In this document: positions 24,424 to 35,619 of the stretch, in pieces
Numbering within the stretch: the stretch's first letter is position 1
Layout of the letters: every line of letters begins with the position of its first letter
Assembly: GCF_963921235.1 (NCBI RefSeq)
Contig: NC_086110.1
Span: 31,124,001 to 31,188,000 of the forward strand
Origin: Mobula hypostoma
Lineage: Eukaryota
DNA: 64,000 nucleotides
Reading direction: 5' to 3'
Translations under genes and position numbers: made by a program
The notes under the pieces: generated by a model
The model's input: the letters and a program-made list of their open reading frames with translations, nothing else
Told to the model about the DNA's origin: nothing
Databases searched by the model: none

Positions 24424-27314
24424 GTCTAAAGTGTTGCTAATGGTAAGGCTGTGGGTTATGCCCAGCAGGTCAGACTATGTAAAACAAAGGAAAATTAGTA
24501 AGGAAATTTATCAAGGCACAAAAAAAAAGGAAGTAGAATTCTAACTTCTAGAATTCATTATTGAATCCTGTTTGCCTGCATCTAAACATAAACAGTGACC
24601 TGCTCATTCAACATCATTATTCTTACTGTCTTTTGGTAGCTCTTCACATTGTGAAATTGCAGCTTCAGCCCTGTGTTTAAATCCTTTTACATCGATATTC
24701 TTACGTCCTCTGTCCTGAATCCTCTGTCTTTCTGACTTCAGTATCTTCCTTCATTCCAAATTCTTTCACAATGTAGTACCGATGATTCCCTCTGGTGCCT
24801 AGAACCACACTCTGTTCACTAGATTGGTCTCCTTGTGAGAAGCATTATGACAGAAAGGGCCATTCAGCCGATCGTAGTTGTTCAGACTCTTCTTAAAATC
24901 CCTATCATTAACCAAACATTTGTCCACATTCTCCTATTACTTCTTCCTTAATTTGGCTTCAATAATCTTTTGTCTCTGTGAAGTACCTGCCTATCTTAAA
25001 GATGCTATATAAATGCAGATTTTTTTTGTTGAGTAAACTATAAACCTCCCAAATGATTGAATGTCCACTGCACTAAAGGGGGAATTTTTTTCTTCAAATC
25101 TCAGAGCTTGCTTGAGGCTGATTACTTAACATTTTGTTTTCTTTAGTTTCTCCGCCATCCTGTTATCAACAATTTATTTTCCCACGGTCCTTTTAATCCT
25201 TTTATGTAAATTTTAAATATTCTCTTCCACTTTTAAAGGACTTCTAACCCCTAAGCCATCTAAATCATTTTGCCTTTTTAAATATTTTCTCACACTACAG
25301 GTTGATTGCAGTGTTCTGAACTCAACCGTGTTACTCCCATATTATCTTTTTTTAAATGTATTTTCAGTTTAATTTTCAATTCCTGCACCCCCAATGAGCT
25401 CTGTTCATAGGTTACAATTTTGACTATCTCTGTCATTGAATAAGCCCAGATATTTAAAGATGAGTTATCAATGTGTACGTCCGATGCTTTTGTCCTGCAG
25501 TATTTATAGTGAGAAAAGAAAGAGAGGAAGTAGATCAGAGATCTCTTTCTGGAGAGAAACAATAACACCAGCTAAGACAGGCATTAAATTTGGTCTCCAA
25601 TTGTGTTGGGTCTAAGGCAACAGGTACAAACAGTGATGGCTTGCTCCCTTTGAAACAAACAAGACTGTGAAGTTGTCAGTACAGCATAATTTATTTATAA
25701 TAAAATCTATTATTATGACAGCAGGGGAACAAGCTTTTAATGGTAAGTAAGCTTTCTTCAAGGACCAAAGCTTCAAAGCAAATAGATCATATCTTTATCT
25801 TTTTATATGTTTCCCCGTGAAGTAAAACCTCAATAAATGCAGGAGGTGACAGCACAATGCAGCTGTGACAGCAGGGGGGCAAACCGAATGATCTGGCCTG
25901 TGCGCGTGTGTCAGCAGCAGCAAGTTAACTGCACTCCACAGGTTGTCATCTGTTGGGACCCAGACACATAATACTGCTACAAGCCAGGTGCTGAACAGTG
26001 GCATCAAGGCACACCTTACTTCTTGTAATGAGCTGTGAAAAATATCACTTTCTCGATAATATGAACCATTACTTCTGTGAAACAAAGCAAAAAAAAAATT
26101 CCATTTTGTCCACAATGGACAAAAAAGTTAATTAATTAATTATTAGTTAAGATAAAAAACAGTGTGGATGGTCAGTGTATCTACAAGCTGTTATAGAGGG
26201 TTTATAAAGAACATTAAAACTTCCACCATTTATGTCATGGATCCTTATGAGTTCTTATGAGTAGTGAAAAAAAATTGCTTTAAATAATTTATCCTGAACT
26301 TGGATTAGCTTTTTTGATGATGGACTATCATCCGTGGCTACATTCAGACACGGGCAGGGACCCAAGCCAGGCGGAATACTTACAGCTGCCTGTCACACAG
26401 CATGAATTGAACTCAACGGAATTGAATATCCAACCGGATTTATTGAGTCCAGCTGGATAGTCAACATTGTCCCTCACTTCTGCTCTTCTGCTCAAACTAT
26501 TTCTTTCATGGGTCTAATAAATCATTAATTTTTATGTATTCTGTGGTCCTTGCTTCCTCCTGAATTTTTCAAAATTAATTCCTAGATTTGGAATCTTTAG
26601 TCGTTTCTGATGTATATCATTTTCTTAACCTTAATAGTTCTGCGCTATAGAACTGGCTCAAGTAAAAAAAATGTTTCACTTAATCTCAGACAGCACCTGT
26701 TAATGCAGCAATCCAAATTTCATATCTGCCACTTGCAGCAATTGTTTGTGTGGAATTTCATTTCTGCCTCATTTAGTCTCAGCTTTGTGCTGTATAGTTC
26801 CACTGGATAGCTGGTACATTGAGTGGAGAGCAGGAGTTGGTCCAGAGACTTTATTATTACAAATAGGCTCATTAAAATTAGATGTCAGATCATATCTCTG
26901 AAGACAGCTATTTGGTCTTTAGTTGTTTTTATTTTGTGTGGATATTGCTGTAAACTGAGAGGTAGAACTATTCTAATGTTGTAGGAGACATAAGATCAGT
27001 AGCTTAAACATTAGGAGAGCTCTGTTTAACCGCAGTAACCGGCCAGTTCACAATGACCATAGAATGTTTTGTTAGAAGGTCTGTTACTGACAGGTTCAAG
27101 GTTGCATTTGTTTCTTGTTGATAGATCTTGCATGAACAGCAGCCTTTATTTCATGCACTTCACTATGGCGAAGTGTGCAAAGGAAACCAAGCAGAGAGTT
27201 GCAGAAGATATGTAAGAATGGGAGGGAAAGTCAGGGATTGGTAGGGGCTTAGAGATGATTGACAGGTAGAGGAGTCAGGACAAGTACTGCAGGGGAAGCT
27301 GCATGATAACATAA

Positions 27315-27880
27315 AATAGCAGCAGGAGCAGGCTGTTTGGTCCAGCAAGGCATCCCCTCCTTTGGTATCGCTGATATGCCCCAGGACTTGTCTTTTTTGT
27401 AATATCAGCTTCTCTTGGCCCTCAGTTCCCTAATTTTTTTCAAAAGATTTTCTACTGTTTCTTTAAGTACCCATCAATGATCTAGCTTCTACAAACCTCC
27501 AAGGCAGAGAACTCCAAAGATCCTGTGAAAAGAATTCCTATGTAACTTGGTTCTAATCCCCTCATTCAGAATTCTACCAAAGGAAACGTCTCGATGTCCA
27601 CTTGACCTTAAGTGTTTCATTTGGTTTCTTTCACATTCCTCTACTCTCCAAAGAATATGAATCTATTTTATCTTAGCTGCAGATGATGGAGCAAACCTCT
27701 CAACACAGGAATTAGTCTTGTTGGACTGAGTTCAATGCCAGAATATCCTTTCTTGTATAATGGCACTAAAACTATACAGATTACTTCAAGTATGGCCTCA
27801 CCAATACTTTGCACCCTTGTAACGGTACTTCATAATTTCTAAACTCCAACCAGTGTGCTCATTGTCTTCATTACCAATTG
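27315..27880 (-). mobile_element. Old CR1 3' fragment
   Basis: Degenerate match to the reverse complement of the CR1 3' region, e.g. aaactatacagattacttcaagtatggcctcaccaa. Confidence 0.55.
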
Positions 27881-28086
27881 GGATGAAAGTAAGTTGGAAC
27901 AGTCCTGAATAATATATCAGTAAAACAGTGGCTGAATCTTACAGAGAAATGGACTATCAAGTCAAGGCTCCTAATGCTTCTATCATGTATAAAGAAACCA
28001 TATTTTTGATGATGAAACATCTTTGTCATCCATCTGACCTCAAGATAGCCTACATACCATTAGACCAGATGCCAGTTAACCTCCTT

Positions 28087-28898
28087 TGTTCCAAGGTGGT
28101 GTTTGGGAGCGGACCCAAGTGCAGGACACAGGCATGGAGACAGACTTGGACCTGACTTGGACTCGGAGCCTGGACTTGGACTTGACTTGGACACAGAGTC
28201 TGGACTTGGACTTGACTGGAACACAGAGCCTGGACTTGGACTAGGACACGAAGAGACAGAATTCCCAACTCAGAGTAGCGGCAAACAACTGGACCTACTC
28301 AGCTGGAAACGCAACAACTAAACCAAACAATAACAGTCAATATGTATCTTGACATGGAGAAGCTCATGAAGCAGCAAACGGCTGGCAATCACTTGACTGG
28401 ACACGAAGTCTTGACTGAACTCAGAGCTTTGACTTGGACTGGGACTCAGAGCCTTCAAAACAACGACAGACCACTCATATCCTGGCTCAGAGCGGTGGCA
28501 AAACGGCCGGCAACACTCAACTTGACACGAGACGACAAAAACAAATGATGACAGATCACTCTCATCCCAGCTCGGAGCAGCGGCAAAACAGCTGGCAACA
28601 CTCAGCTGGACACGAGATGACAATAACAAACAACAGACAATACGAATCTTGACACGGAGAAGCTCATGAAGACAGTCCCTTATTCTTGGCAGCTTGGAAG
28701 ACGGTCCCTTATTCTTTGCGGCTCAGAACATTCATCACCGTCCTGGCTACGGTGATGGACCAGCTCCGAGTAGCTGTAAGCTGAGGTTTTTATCCTGCTG
28801 GATCGGATGAAGATCAGGTGCCCTAATCAAGGAGCCCAGTGGAACACAGGGAAAAGGAAATTAACTGAAGTGAGTAGTTAACGGACCGGACCATGACA
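28087..28898. mobile_element. Solo LTR (812 bp) with internal tandem repeats
   Basis: TGT...ACA ends; 5-bp TSD tcctt at 28082-28086 and 28899-28903. Confidence 0.85.
28144..28243. repeat. 30-bp minisatellite (about 3.3 copies) inside the solo LTR
   Basis: Units like acttggacttgacttggacacagagcctgg. Confidence 0.9.
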
Positions 28899-29739
28899 TC
28901 CTTATTCTGAACTGTAGGTGCAAAGATAACTAGCAGGCTGGGATCTGTAGACTTTGAGTCTTTAGGTAACATTGATTTGGGTGGAGCAGCCACTGAGTAA
29001 TCTGATTCCCCTTTCTAGTCCTCCAGTGCTTAGAGGCCAAGCAGTACCTCTTAAAGTGTATACTAGTCATCATCCAAGCTTTGGAGAGTTAAGTTCCTGC
29101 AATGACTGTAAGTTAGCAAGAAAAATGAAAAAAAATCTAAAATTAAAATTAATAGTCCCAGATTGGCAAAGAAATAATGCAGCAAGAAAACCATCTTTGG
29201 TGGTCAGAATTCCCCACACGACACAAAGCAAATATTCCACTACCAAAAGAAAACATTTTGAAAGTGCAGGCACTGAAGTTGGAATGGTGCTTTCATTCTT
29301 TTTCTCTAGAGCAATATTAGTTTTCAATAACACTTTGGAATATATAGACTAGGGTAGATCTGTTTCTCATTTGCATCATTCCTGGAATTTTAATGTACGC
29401 TATTGAAAAAAATCAAGCCAATTCTAACTGCACGGGAAAACCCAGTCCGTACCATTCTAACAGCCATGAGTACAGAGCTGGCAAAAAACTTCCATGTGGG
29501 ATTATGAATTTCGCCATTGTGATCCAAATGTCTGGTTTAAGTGGCGCTCGTATAGCTCAGTCACTACCTATAGGCAGCAAATAAAACGAAGAAAATAACT
29601 AAATACTTTATTAATAACTCCTTTTTCTGATAAACAATCACTGCAAACAATAGCCTGAAACTTCCTTTTTGGAGTTGATCTTTTGAACCTCCTGTATGAC
29701 CTGGCATTTTTGTGGTGTGAATTAAAGCCCTGAAGCTGC

Positions 29740-30240
29740 AGTATGGTTGTGCCATGGCGGGCCGAATCGGGGCGGTGGAGTCCGAGCTGGAGAATGGGGA
29801 ATGAACCAATGTACCACCATTGCCGGAGTGGACAATTTGGCGCAGCAGAACAGGGGCAAAGCAAGGCAGAGTCAAGGAGAACCCCGGACCCAAGAGCGAA
29901 TGACCTGATGTCTGGACGATTTAAGCACAGGGCCAGATTGAAAAGGTCAAAGTGTCGAGGCCAGAGGCAAAGAATGGGCCAGTTCATCTCTTGAATCAGC
30001 TGCGGTGATGCCTGGCTTTGTATCTGTGGTCAGACTTACTTTCATAAGGTTCAGTTCTGAATGCTATATGCTTACTTTTATTGTTTGCATGGTTTTTTTT
30101 CCTTTGCATATTAGTTGTTTGACCGTTTTTTAAATGGCTTCTATTAGGGTTTGTTGTTTTTTGGCTACCTGTAAGGAGACAAATCTCAAGGTCGTATGGC
30201 ATATACATACTTTGACAGTGAATGTGCTTTCAACTTTGAA
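29740..30240 (+). mobile_element. Non-coding retroposon (unclassified) with (ctttgaa)n-type tail
   Basis: 3' end aaatctcaaggtcgtat...catacatactttga...ctttgaa, homologous to 52760-52820 and, inverted, to 16976-17040. Confidence 0.6.
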
Positions 30241-30354
30241 GTAAGTTCAGAGAAACTTTTCTGCAGTTCATTTGCTTTGATGTCAAGCTCCTGTTACTGA
30301 AATGAAATTTAAATATGTCAACCAGTTAAAAAAGACTAAGATGCTGGAAACTTG

Positions 30355-33300
30355 TGTAACCGTCTCACCAGGCTCATTTGCAAAGCTGGTTCGATAGCTA
30401 ACCTGACTAACAGCCACGGGACTCAGCGGTGAGAAGGCCATCTTTATAAACAATATACAACTAGTCTAGGGTCAGTATAATTGGGGGTTCAACCAAACAG
30501 GAAAGTTGGGATGTTCTGAATTACAGAACCTCGATTTGGGTGAATGCTGTGTAAATACTGCGCATACACATTTATCCGTCGGCAAGAAATAACAGATCGT
30601 ACACCGCATAAAATTGTTAAGGAAGTACATTTGCCAATTTCAGCTTTACTAATCAGTTAATAGGAAAAAGGAAAGAAAAGCAAAGAGCCTATTACAGTTA
30701 AACCAGTCCAATGTGCACATGAACTGTGCTCATACTGGAGTATTCAGGGGTGTATCTCCTACTCATGCTTTTGACCCACGGTCTGCATAAAAACACCCAC
30801 CACGTTTTCAAGTTCCCCTTGAAGTCCATCTCAAGCAAACTGGCTTTCTCTCTCAGGAGTAATGCCCTTCTTCCTTGGAACCATCCTTCAGCACAAAGCA
30901 CTTCTTGCAATGGGCACTCTCCTTCCAACAGCATCCTTTGGCATCTTCCCTTCTGTACCACTCCACAGCTCTCACAAAAGGATCCCAAACCAGACTACTG
31001 TCCTTCAGAAAACTCCCTCCACCCTGCTCCCTCTAGGACCTTCTCCAGATCCCACCATCCTGATTGGCTAACACAATAGTCCTAAGTCGAACAACAGGCC
31101 TCTTATCTTTAACCCAAACCAAAACATTCTTCCAGCAGAACACAGAGCTTTTGCAGAAAACTGCTAAAATGAAAGCTTTGCAATATAAATTTTAACCAGG
31201 GCATTACACTCTGCTCCCCCCGCCCCCAACCAAAAATAGTTATGTCCTCATTGAATATGGAACTTATTAGACGATTGTTAATAACACAGTATTCAAATGA
31301 ATTTCATGATTTCAGGACCACCAATCCATTTGTAACTCTAAGTAGCATACCTCCTCATGGGAATGGACATAACACTCCTTTTCCCAGGTGCATCCTATGC
31401 CAGCCTAGTAGAAGTTTCCTGATTCTCTGAGACCCCCTTATCTCATCTTCAGCTTCTTCAGTTTCAGCCACTCCTTGTGACCTTGTGACCTTTCCTGTCT
31501 ACTAGAGGGTGCCTCCCCCTGTCTACCACTCATACATTCTGGTGGCTCAGACCCCCCTGCCCCAAGACAGGACTCAGCTTCGTTCAGTTTAAGCAGGTGC
31601 TGCTGAACATCTTCAAACTCTGCTGATGCTAACCGCCAAGATCTCTCTGGAGAAGTGTGTCTTCAGTCACCTTAACAGTGTGGCAAGTACTTTTGGAACA
31701 ACCACTATCAGACTCGTCAGTAGAAAAGACATCTTTGCATTCCAACGTCTTCTCAGTTAATCTCTTTTTCCGTTCCTCAGTTATCAGTGAGTCACCAAAG
31801 TTGCATGACTTCAATGTCAACTTCCTCAATCCAGGAGACATTTTCTCTTCAGTTTCCCCCAGAAATCTAGATAATACCCTAACAGGAAAAAGAGGGGCAA
31901 TCAGTATTCCACATAACATTTCTTCCTGAGGTGTTCCTAACAATCACAGTTGTCCTGTTTGTGTAGACAGCCAAAGGGTTCTGCGGGTCAAGTCTCACTA
32001 GCACTCCTGCGGGTAAGCGTGACTCTTCTTCCTGATCATCAGGAGCATCCACCTGGATGGCTGGGCTGTTGGGCACTCCAGCAAATTTGAGGATTCCTGT
32101 CAATCTAGCTACTCCTCCACGATGTAACATGACAGGTTTAGACTGGGTGTGCCACACAGTTCCTCGTTTCTGCTCATCATCCTGCTTAGGAGGAACTTGC
32201 ACCTTCTTAAAAGCAGCTCTGAACACAGGATGAATGGAGAAGGTTTTCAAAACATTCTCCCCATTTCTCTCCTTGCATGCTCCCACAAGCCTCACAATGG
32301 AAGTATTTGTCCCCGCAAGTATGGAAGCTCCACCCTTTCCAACTGGATCTGTGCAGACCAACACTGGTGTGTCAGTAGCCTCAGTTATTCTGCTCTGCCA
32401 AAACCTCATGTACTTCTCCTTCAGGTGTGGGCTTGACCCCGGAAAGCACTCCTGGCCTACAATAACTTGGCATCAACCAGTGATGTAATATCCGATACTA
32501 GCTCAGAATTTCTCTCAACCCTGAAGGACCCATTAAAATTGTCACATCAGACAGCTCCTTTCCCTCACTTCACTAAAAATATCGACAGCCCATGGACCCA
32601 CCTCTCCAGGGTTTCCTAACGTATCGGGCAGCGCAACTTCGGTTACATCACTGCTAGTCTTGATTAACACGATATTCTTACCAGCTGATTGGTCAAAACG
32701 CCTTTCAATCAGCGTAACTTCCCCAACACTTTTACAGAACTCAGCACTCTGAGTAACAGTTCATTGGGACTTCGAACATCCATCCCGTTCAGAGCACAAT
32801 CATTATTTGTGGATAATCTCTTTGAATTGCACCAAACCTTAATCCCAGCAGCATCCATAATAAGGTACCTCAATCACTTCCCATGACACTAGTTTAAACA
32901 CAGGCTTAAACACACAAACTACTTAATCAATCCTAAAGCAACACTAGAACAGCACCCAAATCCCGAACGAGCCCCCATAAAATGTAACCCTCTCACTAGG
33001 CTCACTCGCAGAATTGGCTCGATAGCTAACTTTGCTAACAGCCACAGGACTCAGCAGTGAGAAGGCCATCTTTATCAACAATATACAGGGTTCAACCGAA
33101 TAGGAAAGTTGGGATGTTCCAATTAATGGAATCTCGATTTGAGTGAATGCTATGTAAATACTGCCCATACACAATTATCCGTTGGAAAGAAATAATAGAC
33201 TGTGCACTGCATAAAATTTTTAAGAAAGTATATTTGCCAGTTTCAGCTTTATCAATCAGTAAATAGGAAGAAAGAAAGAAAAGAAAATGGCCCATTACAG

Positions 33301-33823
33301 TTAAACCAGTCCAATGTGCTCGTTACCTTTGGAGATCACACTGGAGTATTCAGGGGTGCATCTCTTACTCATTCTTTGGACCCACCGTCTGCATGAAAAC
33401 ACCCGCCACATTTTCAAACTCCCCTTGAAGACCATCTCAAGCAAATCGGCTCTCTGTGTCTCAGAAGTATTATCCTTCCTCCTTAAAGACATTCATCCGC
33501 ACCAGGCACTTCTTGCAATGGAGACCCTCCTCTCATTGGCACTTTGTGGTATCTTTCCTTCTGTCTCACTCTGCAGCTCTCGCCAGAAGACCCCAAACCA
33601 GACTACTGTCCTTCAGAAAACTCTCTCTGCCCTGCTCTCTCTAGAACCTTCTCCAGATCCCACCATCCTGATTGACTGACACAATATTCCTGAGTTGAAA
33701 CCAGGCTTCTTATCTTTAGCTAACACCGTAACATTCTTCCAGCAGGACACACTGCTTTTGCAGAAAACTGCTAAAATGAAATGCCTACAGCATAGCAGGA
33801 GACAACTTAACTAGGGCATGACA
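30355..33823 (-). mobile_element. Gypsy LTR element with heavily deleted interior
   Basis: LTRs 30355-31208 and 32983-33823 (TGT..ACA); 4-bp TSD cttg; tRNA-Pro-type PBS TGGGGGCTCGTTCGGGA (32961-32977, minus); PPT next to 31209; pol remnant FGDSLITEERKKRL..DVFS. Confidence 0.92.
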
Positions 33824-33956
33824 CTTGAAATAAATAGAGAAAATGTTGGAAACATTCAATAGTCTGATAACACCTGTAGAAGCAGAGTTAACCTGTTTCC
33901 TTCTCCACAGATGCTGCTGGATCTGCTAATTGTTTTCAGTCTTTTCTGCTTGTTTT
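33824..33956. mobile_element. Collapsed inverted pair of old PLE tails (left part at ~30333-30354, split off by the Gypsy insertion)
   Basis: Minus-sense tail gatgctggaaa..aaatgttggaaacattca..gcagagttaac joined directly to plus-sense tail ttctccacagatgctgc..ttttctg. Confidence 0.65.
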
Positions 33957-35309
33957 TAAAATATAACTATTCGTTTCATAACTTGACACATCTAACATAA
34001 ATAACCACTTATACTCCAAAATATATTCACTTGATACAATCACTGTGAATTAACATTTGTTGAGCTTGTGCTGAGATAAGTAACATTGGGTGCAATCGGG
34101 CATGGGGTTGTTCTTCGTGTGAAATATATTCCAGAGGTCTTCACTGACTTACCAGTAGTGAGGATTATACTTAACTGTAACTTCGGCGGATTAGCAAACA
34201 AACAGGAACCCAGTTGATATTTTTAAATGTTCTCTGCACCACCAATTCTATTAGGGTTTTGTACATTTTTCTGATATTCATGTGGTCAGTGTGAAATATA
34301 CTGTAATTACAAATATGAGTGCTAATTGTTATGGCATTCATGACCAAAAATAGGAAGGAGTATTATAGAAAATAACACAAGGCACACTTAATATCAAAGA
34401 ATAGTTGAGGTAGCCTCCTGCAATCTGGTAGTATAACAGTTAAGCTGTTTGCCTGAAACATATTCTTCGTAAATTGGAATTCTGGTAGGCAGCTTTCCAA
34501 TGTGCAAAGTATATAGATGATGAGTTCCATCATTTTTCTACAAGCATCCTATCTGTGAAAACATATTGGCATTTATATATTATAAGCTCCACAGTGTGTA
34601 CAGTTGCATCTTCCAAATTTATAAGTGTTGTACCAGTAAAATACTTCAATTTAAATCAAATCTATCTTTCTGCACATATTAATAATTACTGCACCATGTG
34701 CAGAGTGAGATGCGTCTTGTCATTATTTGAAATATTTATCTTATTATGATGTGGCTGGTATTTTTTTAAATCAGAATTAGAGAGAATTGGTGCCCAGGTC
34801 TCCCCTCATCAATTAAAATGATCAGTGATATGGTAATCAGTGAAAATAGCCACCAATATAGAGTACCTCAAGATCTGTAAGAAGGTCTGTTGTTTGGTAT
34901 ACCTTGATGTCCTAGTTGCCATCCAAATAGATTCATCCAAGCACTGAGACACAACAGAAAACTAGAGCTCTTCAAACATGAAATGTGGTCACTGAAGGGA
35001 TATCTATAGATCATTCTGCAGTACCAATTTAACAAAAAATAAATTTGCAGTATAGCAATGAGTAAGATCCAATTAAGAGCACTGTGTCCAGATTTTTTTT
35101 AACAGGAAAAACCATTAAAGTCATCTTCAGGGTGCAGTTCCATTGAGAAGGTACAGGGATAAGAAGGGATTGAGATATTAGGATAATTTCCACTGGTGTG
35201 CAGGAAGCTCAGAAAGATTATCATTCTTTGAAGAGATTTTAAGAGGAAATTGAGTTCAACTCAAAAATTTAGGAAAACGGACTATCATTATCGATGGCTT
35301 AATAAATTA

Positions 35310-35505
35310 ATTTATTTATTGAGATATAGGAAGGAATTGGCTCACGCTGCCCAGTAATACCCCAATTTAATCCTAACCTAATCATGGGACAATTTGGAAT
35401 GACCAAGCAAATCTAAAAACTGGTAGGACTTTGGACTGTGGGAGCAAACGGGAAAACTTGGAGGAAATCCACAAGGTCATGGGGAGAACGTACAAACACC
35501 TTACA
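35310..35505 (-). mobile_element. V-SINE-like SINE fragment
   Basis: ggactttggactgtgggag..gaggaaatccaca..ggggagaacgtacaaac body with an (ttta)n end. Confidence 0.65.
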
Positions 35506-35619
35506 TACTCCTTGTATAAGTTTTCAAGTGGCATGAAAATGATAGTATTGTTAAGAGTGAGGAGAGTAGTCGTAAGTTATGGAATGATACTGATTATTAA
35601 GTAAGAAAGAAAGGACAAT

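Noticed and set aside
28144-28243. Regularly spaced repeats superficially like a CRISPR array
   Set aside because: Units are tandem with no unique spacers, the context is eukaryotic, and it lies inside a solo LTR.
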